Shown here in pieces: positions 20,927 to 29,344 of a DNA stretch of 64,000 nt. The stretch's first letter is position 1. Every line of letters starts with the position of its first letter. This DNA is from an uncultured bacterium (GTDB lineage: Bacteria > Bacillota > Clostridia > Oscillospirales > Oscillospiraceae). Position numbers and translations under genes: made by a program. A model generated the notes under the pieces. It searched no databases. It worked only from the letters and a program-made list of their open reading frames with translations, and was not told where the DNA came from. Location of the stretch: assembly GCA_947383145.1 (NCBI GenBank), contig CANDCH010000007.1:14602-78601 (forward strand). Direction: 5' to 3'.

Positions 20927-21872
20927 ATTTCGAGGGATCGTAGTCCAGCACCTGGGACAGGTTCAGGCTGTCCAGAATGGCGTGAATCTCCTCCAGCTCT
21001 ATCTGGGTGCCGTGCATGGAGAAGGCGCTGTGCCCGCCCTTCAGGCTCACCCAGAACACGCTTTTCCCCGTCTCCGAGGTGTCCATCTCGATGGCCGCCT
21101 CCATGCCGTCGGCGGTGGCGTACAGCTCGGCGAACTGCTTGTTCCCCACCGCCCGGTACTCGTCCTCATAGGTATAGCTGCCGTCCCAGGAGTAGGTCAA
21201 ATTGAAGCTGGCCCCGCCTTCTCCCAGGTACTCGCCGCCCATACCCAGAAACAGGAGCCTGTCCCCGTCGGCAATGGTGCGGGCGAAGCTCCCATAGGGG
21301 TTGGCGGTATACCGCTCCTCCACCCAGGACAGGTCCCAGCGGTCGAACAGGGCGTGGTAGTCGGAGGCCCGCTCGGCCTTGTACCGGGTCTCCAGATACC
21401 GCTGGCCCCGCCGCAGGCCGAAGCTGGCGGCGCTCACATCGCTCTCAAACACCCGCCTGGCCGTCCAGCCGTCCTCCGCCGTGCCGGGGGTCTCCTCCAA
21501 CAGCTCTCCGGCGGGGCCCCGCCACCAGTTCTCCCACCAGTCCACGTCGTTTATCACAAAATCCCTGCCGGTATAGGTGGCGTCGTTGTAGTTGTCCGGG
21601 CTACACCCGTTCTCCTCCAGGTATTCGCCGTACTCCTTCTGGAACCGCTCCCGGTCCAGATAGGTGACATGGGCCTGCCGCGCCGCCAGGCCCACCGCCC
21701 CGGCGGTCCCCACCAGCGCCGCGCACACCGCCGCCGCGAGGAGCGCCGTCCGCACGGGGCGGGCGGGACGCCTGGGCCGGACCCCCGCCTCCACCGCAGC
21801 CGATACCCGCGCCCGGAGGCCGGGGTCCGGCTCAAAGTTCTCCATGGCCCTCCGATACGTCTCCTGATTCAT
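20925..21872 (-). CDS. putative membrane-anchored anti-sigma factor
   Basis: MNQETYRRAME.., single TM, ATGA overlap with the ECF sigma gene. Confidence 0.7.
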   Translation of the reverse strand: MNQETYRRAMENFEPDPGLRARVSAAVEAGVRPRRPARPVRTALLAAAVCAALVGTAGAVGLAARQAHVTYLDRERFQKEYGEYLEENGCSPDNYNDATYTGRDFVINDVDWWENWWRGPAGELLEETPGTAEDGWTARRVFESDVSAASFGLRRGQRYLETRYKAERASDYHALFDRWDLSWVEERYTANPYGSFARTIADGDRLLFLGMGGEYLGEGGASFNLTYSWDGSYTYEDEYRAVGNKQFAELYATADGMEAAIEMDTSETGKSVFWVSLKGGHSAFSMHGTQIELEEIHAILDSLNLSQVLDYDPSK

Positions 21873-22390
21873 GCTTGACCCTCCATTTCCCTGCGCAGGA
21901 GCTCCCGCCCCCGCTTCAGCCGCATTTTCACCGCCGACTGCCCCAGCTTCAAGATCTCCGCCACCTCCGCCACCGAGTAGCCCTCGCAGTAGTGCAGGTG
22001 GATGGGGCCCTTGTACCGCTCCGGCAGGGCCACGATGGCCTCCGCCAGCCCCAGGCTCTCCGGGTTTTGGGCGGGCAGGCCGGGGTCCAGCTCCACCGCC
22101 CGCTTCCGCCAGAACCCCTTGAGCTGGTCCCGGCACAGATTCACCGCCACCCGCAGCAGCCACCGCTTCTCGTGCTCTCCACCGGCGAAGGCGGGGGCCC
22201 GGTTCAGCAGGCGGACAAAGGCCTCCTGGGTCACGTCCTCCGCGTCCGCCCGGCTGCCCAGGTACACCATGGCCAGCCGGTACACCATGGGGCCGTAGGC
22301 GTCGTAGGCCGCCTCGAACCCCAGCGCCGCCTTGGGCTCATCCCCGGGCCGCTCCTCCTCCGGGGCGGCGTCCAGCGCAAGTTCCGTCAT
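21869..22390 (-). CDS. ECF sigma factor
   Basis: DAEDVTQEAF, WLLRVAVNLC, EGYSVAEVAEIL..RLKRGR. Confidence 0.92.
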   Translation of the reverse strand: MTELALDAAPEEERPGDEPKAALGFEAAYDAYGPMVYRLAMVYLGSRADAEDVTQEAFVRLLNRAPAFAGGEHEKRWLLRVAVNLCRDQLKGFWRKRAVELDPGLPAQNPESLGLAEAIVALPERYKGPIHLHYCEGYSVAEVAEILKLGQSAVKMRLKRGRELLRREMEGQA

Positions 22391-22412
22391 GTCATCAGCT
22401 CCTTTCACCTAT

Positions 22413-22440
22413 ATAACGGCGCAGGGTCCGGCCAGGTCAC
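22413..22440 (-). promoter_or_regulatory. ECF-type autoregulatory promoter
   Basis: GTGACC-N16-CGTTAT just upstream of the ECF gene RBS. Confidence 0.6.
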
Positions 22441-22465
22441 ACGGGGGCAAACTTTTTCCGGCACG

Positions 22466-22492
22466 TTAACCCAGGGGAAAAACCGCCGATAT
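22466..22492 (+). promoter_or_regulatory. sigma28 (SigD/FliA)-type promoter
   Basis: TTAA-N15-GCCGATAT. Confidence 0.7.
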
Positions 22493-22528
22493 CTTCCATA
22501 GAGTAATTTATGGAAGGGAGCGGTGCAA

Positions 22529-23053
22529 ATGAAACTGCGCGCCACCAGGGAGATGCGCCGGAACGAACAGCTGGGCAAGACCATGGGCCGGAAATCGGAG
22601 GCGTCCTCCGCCCCGGCAAAGGGCGGGGCCCAGGCCCTGCGGCAGGCCCCCGCCGACAAGCTGGCCCTGTCCCGGCAGGCGCTGGACTGGCTGGACCGGC
22701 ACAATCAGGAGCTCATGGAGCGTCACAGCGCCCAGGACGGCTCAGACGCCGAGCTGAAGGCCATGGAAAAGCAGCTCAAGGCCCAGGAGAAGTGCCAGAA
22801 GATCGCCGCCCGGATCATGCGGGGGGACCGGGTGCCCCCGGAGGATCTGGAATACCTGATGAACAACGACCCGGAGGGCTACAAGCTGGCCATGGCCATG
22901 CGCCGGATCAAAAGGGACCCGGAGGACTGCGAAAGCGTGCTGGACGAGGAGGACCGCGGCGGCGGGACGGAAGAGGCGGAGGGCTCTCCGGAGGCGGCCG
23001 CCCCGGAGGCCGCCGGAGAAAGCGGCGGGGCGGATTCCCCGCCGTCGGAATAA
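22529..23053 (+). CDS. hypothetical protein, helical with acidic tail
   Basis: GGAAGGGAG RBS, host-like codon usage, DKLALS motif, KIAARIMRGDRVP core. Confidence 0.75.
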   Translation: MKLRATREMRRNEQLGKTMGRKSEASSAPAKGGAQALRQAPADKLALSRQALDWLDRHNQELMERHSAQDGSDAELKAMEKQLKAQEKCQKIAARIMRGDRVPPEDLEYLMNNDPEGYKLAMAMRRIKRDPEDCESVLDEEDRGGGTEEAEGSPEAAAPEAAGESGGADSPPSE

Positions 23054-23119
23054 AAAGCGGTCATCGTGATAAGCACGCAAACCATTGCGGGCAGAGAATC
23101 GGTTTTGGAGGTATTCCCC

Positions 23120-24913
23120 ATGAAACGAATCCTCTCTTTATCGCTGTCCTTGTCCCTTTTACTCTGCCTCCTCGCCTCCTGTGGGGCGGGGTCCCAGCCT
23201 TCGGCTGATCCCGCTCCAATCACGCCTGAGCCGTCCGCCTCAGCTCCCGCAGCCGCGGAACTGTCTGTGACCGGTCTGGCGGAAACCCTCCTGCTCTATT
23301 CCGGCTGCGAAAGCCCGGACACGGCAGAGCGGCTCAATTCCGAAACAGACGCCAATGCTTTGGCAAGCTATGTTGAGCACGCCTATGGGCTGGACCCGGA
23401 CGCCTGGGACGGCGCCGCCGTGATCCGCGCCGCCGGCGCTTCGGCCTTTGAGCTGGCGGTCCTGCGCTTCGTCGACGAGGACGCCGCCCAGCAAAGCGAG
23501 GCTCCTTTGAAGGAGTACCTCCGCAGTCGGGAAGGGGACTTTTCCAAATACGCGCCCGCCCAGGCGGACATGGCCGCCGGCGGCGAGGTCGCGCAAACGG
23601 GAGTATGGGCCGGCCTGTTCATCTGCCCGAACGCGGAGGAAGCGCGGGCGGCCTTTACCGCGGCGTTGAACGGGAGGCCCCTGCCGGAACAGCCGGCCCC
23701 CGCGCCCACGGCGGAGCCGGCCACGGGAATGGAGCTGCTGAGGGATATTGCGCTGGACCGCTGCGGCGATGAACTGGCTGAGCTTGGAGGCTACAGCGTA
23801 TCCATGTACAGGGAGCGCGAGGACTTTTCTCAAATGATTGAGGATACCTATGGCATTTCCTCGGACCTGATCGCAGACGGATTTGCCATTGACGATACCG
23901 GCGGCGCTTTTTTCGAAGTGGTTGTACTGCAAATGACCAGCCAGCAGGCAGCCGAGGAAGCTATGGACACTTTTGTGACCTATAGCTATCACCTAATGGT
24001 TGTGCAGGGCGTTCTCCCGGAGGAAAATCGAGCGTCACATGAGTATATTATGAGTCACTTCACTGCGGGTGCAATTACTGAATTTGTTTATTTTGCAATC
24101 TGCCAGGATAAAGACAGCGTTCAAAGCGCTTTTCGCTCTGCCATCGACTCGATCATACGGGCCCAAAGCCAGCAAAAGCCCGCGCCTCAGCCCAAAGAGA
24201 TTGCGGACGGCATATTTTTTATCGACGTCTCCTCAGCAGAGCTGAAGGGAGAGCCTGACCCCAGCCACCCGGGCCGGGCGCGGCATGTCCAGCCCAACAA
24301 GGAGGATATGAGCGTTTATGACAGCTCCGCCATTATCGACGCCTGGGCCGCGGGAAATCCGGACCAGCTGTCCGCGTATGACCGGGCCATCTATGACAGC
24401 GCAAAAAATATCCTGGGAGCTATCCTCGAAGACGGCATGGACGCTTTCTCCAAAGAAGCCGCCATCTACGAATGGGTGATTCAAAACGTGGCGTACGATT
24501 GGAGCCATACCGACATCACAAAAGAGACCTCCAGAGATTCTTACACCCCCTATGGCGGGCTGGTGAACCATACGGCGGTCTGCCTGGGCTACGCCACAAC
24601 ATTCCAGCTGCTGGCGGAGCTGGCCGGCATCCAGTGCGTCACCGTGGCCGGCGCGGCGGCTGGGGCGGACCACGCCTGGAACCAAGTATGCCTGGATGGA
24701 ACGTGGTATTGCGTGGATCTGACCTGGGAGTGGTCATACTGGAATGACGGCAGGATGAACGGAAGGGAGTGGCGGTACTTCAACACGACCAGCGACTATA
24801 TGGCCCGAACCTGGCACACATGGGATTACGACGCTGTTCCCGAGGCAACCGCAGAAGATCATGGCTGTCCACGCGGCACAGCCGCGCAGAAAGACAGCCC
24901 CGCGGCGTTTTGA
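23120..24913 (+). CDS. lipoprotein with DUF4358-like region(s) and C-terminal transglutaminase-like domain
   Basis: Lipobox LASC; AVCLGYA, HAWNQV and YCVDLTW give a Cys-His-Asp triad. Confidence 0.8.
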   Translation: MKRILSLSLSLSLLLCLLASCGAGSQPSADPAPITPEPSASAPAAAELSVTGLAETLLLYSGCESPDTAERLNSETDANALASYVEHAYGLDPDAWDGAAVIRAAGASAFELAVLRFVDEDAAQQSEAPLKEYLRSREGDFSKYAPAQADMAAGGEVAQTGVWAGLFICPNAEEARAAFTAALNGRPLPEQPAPAPTAEPATGMELLRDIALDRCGDELAELGGYSVSMYREREDFSQMIEDTYGISSDLIADGFAIDDTGGAFFEVVVLQMTSQQAAEEAMDTFVTYSYHLMVVQGVLPEENRASHEYIMSHFTAGAITEFVYFAICQDKDSVQSAFRSAIDSIIRAQSQQKPAPQPKEIADGIFFIDVSSAELKGEPDPSHPGRARHVQPNKEDMSVYDSSAIIDAWAAGNPDQLSAYDRAIYDSAKNILGAILEDGMDAFSKEAAIYEWVIQNVAYDWSHTDITKETSRDSYTPYGGLVNHTAVCLGYATTFQLLAELAGIQCVTVAGAAAGADHAWNQVCLDGTWYCVDLTWEWSYWNDGRMNGREWRYFNTTSDYMARTWHTWDYDAVPEATAEDHGCPRGTAAQKDSPAAF

Positions 24914-24974
24914 CGCCGTGGGGCTGTCCCTATAAACTGGAACGCCCTCCCGCCGGGGCCGCCTTTTGTCCGGC

Positions 24975-25790
24975 TCAGCGCCTGACGCGGGCTTTGAGCG
25001 CCTCCCTGCGGCGGAGCAGCTCCTCCTTGGCCAGCGCGGCGGCGGCCAGGATGTCCTCGTGGCTGACGGAATAGTTCTGGTTCACCTTCAGCGTGCCGTA
25101 GATGTGGCGGAACCGGCGGCTGACCCGCTCCAGCTGCGCCACCTGGTCGCTGTACCGCTGGCGCAGGGCGGCCGCGCCGTCCTCCAGCCTGCCGCCCAGC
25201 TCCGCCTTGCCCAGGGCCAGCTGGAGCTGGAGCTCCTGGCCCAGCTGAGTGACGCTCTCCACGTGCATGGCCATCAGCACCAGGTTTCGGACGGTAAACG
25301 CCGCGTCCACCGACAGCAGCGCCAGAAACGCGCCGCACAGCATGAACTCCAGCCACACGGGCAGGCCCGCGACCAGGGCCTGGACGGGGGGATGGATGAA
25401 AAAGATGACGATGTAGGACAGCACGCCCCAGATGAGGGCCACCCAGAGGCACACCCGCCCCTTCAGGTTGAAGCGGAATTGGGAGTAATCCCAGTATTTC
25501 ACGTGGGTGGTAACCTCCAGCACCCAGCCCACCAGATACTCCCAGGAGGTCATGACCACCACGGCCACCCCGTAAAAGAGCGCCAGATTCTGCTTCAGCG
25601 GGGTGAAAAACAGCACCATCAGCACCACGCCGCCGCCGTAAATGGGGCAGACCGGGCCATAGAGAAAGCCCCGGGCCACCAGCCGGCGCTCCACAATGGA
25701 GCAGTAGCAGGTCTCCATCACCCAGCCCAAAAAGGAGTACAGAACGAAATAGAGAAACAGGTGGGGGAGCGGAAAGCCCAGAATGGTCAA
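24975..25790 (-). CDS. putative ABC transporter permease (DUF1113/CmpB-like)
   Basis: YSFLGWVME, RGFLYGPVCPIYG, WDYS..FNLKGRVCL; TTG start overlaps upstream stop. Confidence 0.85.
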   Translation of the reverse strand: MTILGFPLPHLFLYFVLYSFLGWVMETCYCSIVERRLVARGFLYGPVCPIYGGGVVLMVLFFTPLKQNLALFYGVAVVVMTSWEYLVGWVLEVTTHVKYWDYSQFRFNLKGRVCLWVALIWGVLSYIVIFFIHPPVQALVAGLPVWLEFMLCGAFLALLSVDAAFTVRNLVLMAMHVESVTQLGQELQLQLALGKAELGGRLEDGAAALRQRYSDQVAQLERVSRRFRHIYGTLKVNQNYSVSHEDILAAAALAKEELLRRREALKARVRR

Positions 25791-26320
25791 GGACGCTCCC
25801 TCCCCTCGCCGCCGGACAGCAGCACGCCCAGAAGGCCGTTGTACACCCGGTCCGGGTGCTCCTGGAAGCCGTCCGCAATGTGCTGGGCGTCCTCCCGGGT
25901 GGGCGCCAGCAGGGTCAGGGAGAACAGGCTGCCCTGATCGTCGTCCATGGACAGCCGCACCTGGAAGCCCTGGGAAACCTCCTCCACACCGGCCCGCACC
26001 TGGGCCCTGCGCTTCAGGGCCTGGTTCAGCGGGCCCAGCCGCCGGTCGCACCGCCGCCGGACCACGGGGGACAGGCTGCTCTCCCCGGCGGCGCAGGCCC
26101 TGCGGCCCTTGTCCGTGATGGCGTAGAGCTCCCCCCGCTGGTCCAGATGGCCGCTGTCCGTCAGCTCGGACACCGCCTCCGCGTATTGGAAATAGTCCAC
26201 CCCCTGGTCGCAAAGGGCCAGGTCGGTGAGGGTGGCGAAATCAATGGGGGCGGCCGCCCGGTCCATGAGGTAGAGCACCAGCAGCTTGATATCCAGCTTG
26301 TCGTGGATGAATCCGGCCAT
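25787..26320 (-). CDS. DUF4364-family winged-helix protein
   Basis: KLLVLYLM, DYFQY, YAITDKG; upstream TTGCCA-N17-TATAAT at 26359-26387. Confidence 0.8.
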   Translation of the reverse strand: MAGFIHDKLDIKLLVLYLMDRAAAPIDFATLTDLALCDQGVDYFQYAEAVSELTDSGHLDQRGELYAITDKGRRACAAGESSLSPVVRRRCDRRLGPLNQALKRRAQVRAGVEEVSQGFQVRLSMDDDQGSLFSLTLLAPTREDAQHIADGFQEHPDRVYNGLLGVLLSGGEGRERP

Positions 26321-26399
26321 GAATACGGCCTCCTTTGCGCAGCTTGTCATTTCCAAACATTATAACCAGTTCCGGCGGAAATGGCAAGGGGGAATTGGC

Positions 26400-26951
26400 T
26401 CACCCCCGGGTGACCAGGGCCTGATAGAGCTGGACCATGTAGGACCAGGTGGACCGGTCCAGCGTGCCGGTGACGGGGAGCCGGGCCAGCCGCTGGACCT
26501 CCCGGATATTCTGATAAGTCTCGCCGTCGTTGCAGCAGTTCATCTGGCAGGGGCTGAAGTTGCTCATCACCTTGTTGAGGGAGCCGAACATGGCCTGGAC
26601 GATGCGCAGCACCTCGCAGGTCTGGCCCTCCACGGCGGTGTAGGAGCCGTTGGGCAGCACGTTGAGCGCGGGGGGAAAGCCGTACATCAGCTCCACGTGA
26701 ATATAGGCGTCCCGGATGGCGTTCCAGGTGGCCAGGTCCACCGTGCCGGTGACGGGCAGATTGTTTTCCCGCTGGAACACCATGACGGCCTCCAGGGTGC
26801 GCTCGCCGAAAATGCCGTCCACCGCCAGCCGGGTGAGGCGGCCGTCGTGAATGGCCAGCTGGTTGAGCATATACTGGAGGGAACGGATGGGCTGGCCGCC
26901 GCGCTCTGCCTCGGCGGGCGGGATGATGGGTGCGGGTGCGTTGGCGTTCAT
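26400..26951 (-). CDS. peptidoglycan-binding-domain protein
   Basis: Two PG_binding_1-like repeats (VDGIFGERTLEAVMVFQ..LPVTG.VD..TW). Confidence 0.85.
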   Translation of the reverse strand: MNANAPAPIIPPAEAERGGQPIRSLQYMLNQLAIHDGRLTRLAVDGIFGERTLEAVMVFQRENNLPVTGTVDLATWNAIRDAYIHVELMYGFPPALNVLPNGSYTAVEGQTCEVLRIVQAMFGSLNKVMSNFSPCQMNCCNDGETYQNIREVQRLARLPVTGTLDRSTWSYMVQLYQALVTRG

Positions 26952-26968
26952 AGCAGTTTCCCTTCCTT

Positions 26969-28153
26969 TCAGGCGTCGGTGTTTCCATAGCTGAGGTCAT
27001 AGCCCGGGAACTGGCCCGACAAGACACGCTGTTCGATCTGCTCCGGCGTGGTGGGCAGTCCGGCTCCGGCCAGGGCGGTGCGGGCGATGCCCAGATACTC
27101 GTCGTAGATGCCCTGCCAGGTGGCCTGGTCCACCACGCCGGTGACCGGCAGGCCCAGGCGGCTCTGATCGGCGCGGACGGCCTGGGCGGTCTGGGGGCCG
27201 AAGATGCCGTCGATGGCCAGCACGGGCACGGCGGAGGAGAACTGGCCGATAATGGAGATGAAGTACTGGAGGGCGGACACGGCCGCGCCGGTGCTGCCCT
27301 CCCGGAGGGTGACGCCGGGGGCGGGACCCTGAATCTGGGTGAAGGGCTGGCCCTCGCTGACCAGCTCGGACAGCTTCCGCACCGCCCCGTGGAGGGACAC
27401 CAGCTTATACCAGGTGCCCTGGCCCACGATGCCGTCCGGGGTGAGGTTGAAAATGCGCTGGAAGGCCTTCACCGCCTCCTCGGTCCGGCTGCCGAATATG
27501 CCGTCCGCCGGACTGACCCGGGGGATGGCCGGGTAGTTGCGGGAGATGCGGTTGAGCATGGCCTGGAGCACCGTGACATAGCTGCCGGAGGACCCCCGTT
27601 GCAGGGGATAGCCCGGATAGGAGTACTCGATATCCCGGATGGGGGTGTTGGACACCAGCTCAATGTCATTGCCATAGTAGTGGCGCAGGATATCCATGGT
27701 GCCCATGCCCTGGCGGGCCAGCGCCTCGCTGCCCCACTGGGACAGGCCGTCGCAGGTGACGGTGGTTCCGTTGCAGAATTTGGCGGCCAGGGGCTCCACA
27801 AAGCCCTTCCGGCGGATATAGGTGGTGAACAGCTCATCCACCAGACGGTCCACGTTTTCAAACGTGCTGCGGCCCTTGATGAACTTCTGGTCGTTCATGG
27901 TGGAGCCGGTGATGTCGAAGTCATAGCCCCGGCTGGGGTAGTACTCGGTGTACACCCGGTTGAGGGCGAAGGAAATCTGGGCCAGGATGTTGGCCCGGAG
28001 GGCGGCCTCCGGCCAGGTGGGATAGATCTCGCTGGAGGCCACGTTTTTGATGTAGTCTGGGAAGGACACCGTCACATTCTCCGCCCACTGGTTGGCGGGG
28101 CCGGTGTGGACGGTGATGGTCTGGGGTATGTAGGGCGTGACTGAAATAGGCAT
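26969..28153 (-). CDS. sleC: SleC-like spore cortex-lytic enzyme, catalytic part plus two PG-binding domains
   Basis: IPQTITVH, DYIKNVASSEIYPTW, LNRVYTEYY, FCNGTTVTC, LSQWGS. Confidence 0.85.
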   Translation of the reverse strand: MPISVTPYIPQTITVHTGPANQWAENVTVSFPDYIKNVASSEIYPTWPEAALRANILAQISFALNRVYTEYYPSRGYDFDITGSTMNDQKFIKGRSTFENVDRLVDELFTTYIRRKGFVEPLAAKFCNGTTVTCDGLSQWGSEALARQGMGTMDILRHYYGNDIELVSNTPIRDIEYSYPGYPLQRGSSGSYVTVLQAMLNRISRNYPAIPRVSPADGIFGSRTEEAVKAFQRIFNLTPDGIVGQGTWYKLVSLHGAVRKLSELVSEGQPFTQIQGPAPGVTLREGSTGAAVSALQYFISIIGQFSSAVPVLAIDGIFGPQTAQAVRADQSRLGLPVTGVVDQATWQGIYDEYLGIARTALAGAGLPTTPEQIEQRVLSGQFPGYDLSYGNTDA

Positions 28154-28177
28154 AGATACCTCCTTACCGGGCGCCGG

Positions 28178-28567
28178 TCACAGCGGCTGGGGGGTGACCA
28201 CCACCGGGGCCGCGTTGACGTCGCCGCCGGCGGGCTGGGGCAGAGGAACCAGGGGGACGTTCTGCACCGTCTCCACCCCGGGGAACACCTGGAGCTTCTC
28301 AAAGGTGGCCAGGTAGTATTCCGGGTGCTCCACCACCAGGGAATAGTTGGAGAACGGAGCGGGCCGGCCCGGGCCGGCGCTCAGGTCCTTGTCGGGGGCC
28401 TCCAGCTGGACGGGGGCGGTGCCGCCGCTCTCGTCGGTGGTCTGGATGGAGAACACCTTCCGGCGGCCGTCCTCCTCCTGGCTGGAGATGATGACGGTGG
28501 CCCCGGACACGGGCAGCTGGGCGTTGGAGGTAAAGGCGCGTACAATGAGGGAACCGGTTTGGGGCAT
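28178..28567 (-). CDS. stand-alone homolog of the SleC N-terminal pre-domain
   Basis: GSLIVRA..LPVSGATV..TDESG.T..VQLEAP..PFSNY; AAGGAGG RBS. Confidence 0.75.
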   Translation of the reverse strand: MPQTGSLIVRAFTSNAQLPVSGATVIISSQEEDGRRKVFSIQTTDESGGTAPVQLEAPDKDLSAGPGRPAPFSNYSLVVEHPEYYLATFEKLQVFPGVETVQNVPLVPLPQPAGGDVNAAPVVVTPQPL

Positions 28568-28596
28568 GGACAACTCCTCCTTGTGGGATATGGTAC

Positions 28597-28624
28597 AGTC
28601 TATGCGGCGGCAGGCCGTGTCGTG
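28597..28624 (-). promoter_or_regulatory. sigmaK-type promoter of the sleC operon
   Basis: CACG-N16-CATAGACT fits the mother-cell consensus mACm-N16-CATAnnnT. Confidence 0.55.
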
Positions 28625-28642
28625 AATTTTCGGCCGATTAAA

Positions 28643-28671
28643 TTGACAAGCCGCCGGTTATGGAGTAGAAT
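28643..28671 (+). promoter_or_regulatory. sigmaA promoter of rex
   Basis: TTGACA-N17-TAGAAT. Confidence 0.75.
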
Positions 28672-28705
28672 GGAACGATGAATTTGAAGCAAGGAACGGT
28701 TGAAC

Positions 28706-29344
28706 ATGAAGAAAGACAAGATTTCCTCCGCGGTCATCCGGCGGCTGCCCCGGTATTACCGGCACCTGGACGAGCTGCTGCGCGCGGGGACGGTACGGAT
28801 ATCCTCCAGCTCGCTGGCGAAATCCATGGGCCTCACCGCCTCCCAGATCCGGCAGGACCTGTCCTGCTTCGGCGGCTTCGGCCAACAGGGCTACGGCTAC
28901 AACGTGGAGCGGCTGCGGGCGGAGGTGGCGGATATTCTGGGCATGAACCGGGATCACACCGTGGCGATTTTGGGCGCGGGCAACCTGGGCCGGGCGCTGA
29001 TGGAGAATTTTCCCTTTTCCGCCAACGGCTTCCGGCTGGTGGCCGCCTTCGACGTGGACCCGGCCCTGGTGGGCGGCGCGCTGAGCGGCACGCCGGTTTA
29101 CCACGTGGACATTCTGGAGGACTATCTGAAGGCCAACCCGGTGAGCGTATGCGTGCTCACCGTCCCGGCGGGGGCCGCGGAGCGCACCGCCCGGCGGGTG
29201 GCCGCCTGCGGCGTGACCGGCATTTGGAACTTCACCAACGTGGAGCTTCCCCAGCAGGATATGCCGGACGTGCAGATTGAGGACGTGCATTTCGCGGACA
29301 GCCTTCTGACGCTGAGCTATATGATCTCCGAGGACGCGCCATGA
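28706..29344 (+). CDS. rex: redox-sensing transcriptional repressor
   Basis: VIRRLPRYYR, QIRQDLSCFGGFGQQGYGYNV, GAGNLGRAL, GIWNF. Confidence 0.96.
   Translation: MKKDKISSAVIRRLPRYYRHLDELLRAGTVRISSSSLAKSMGLTASQIRQDLSCFGGFGQQGYGYNVERLRAEVADILGMNRDHTVAILGAGNLGRALMENFPFSANGFRLVAAFDVDPALVGGALSGTPVYHVDILEDYLKANPVSVCVLTVPAGAAERTARRVAACGVTGIWNFTNVELPQQDMPDVQIEDVHFADSLLTLSYMISEDAP

Noticed and set aside
19111..24913. Prophage region
   Set aside because: No integrase, structural or replication genes; hpf and ECF genes interrupt the region.
28600..28705. Rex autoregulatory box upstream of rex
   Set aside because: No convincing TTGTTAA-N4-TTAACAA-like dyad found.
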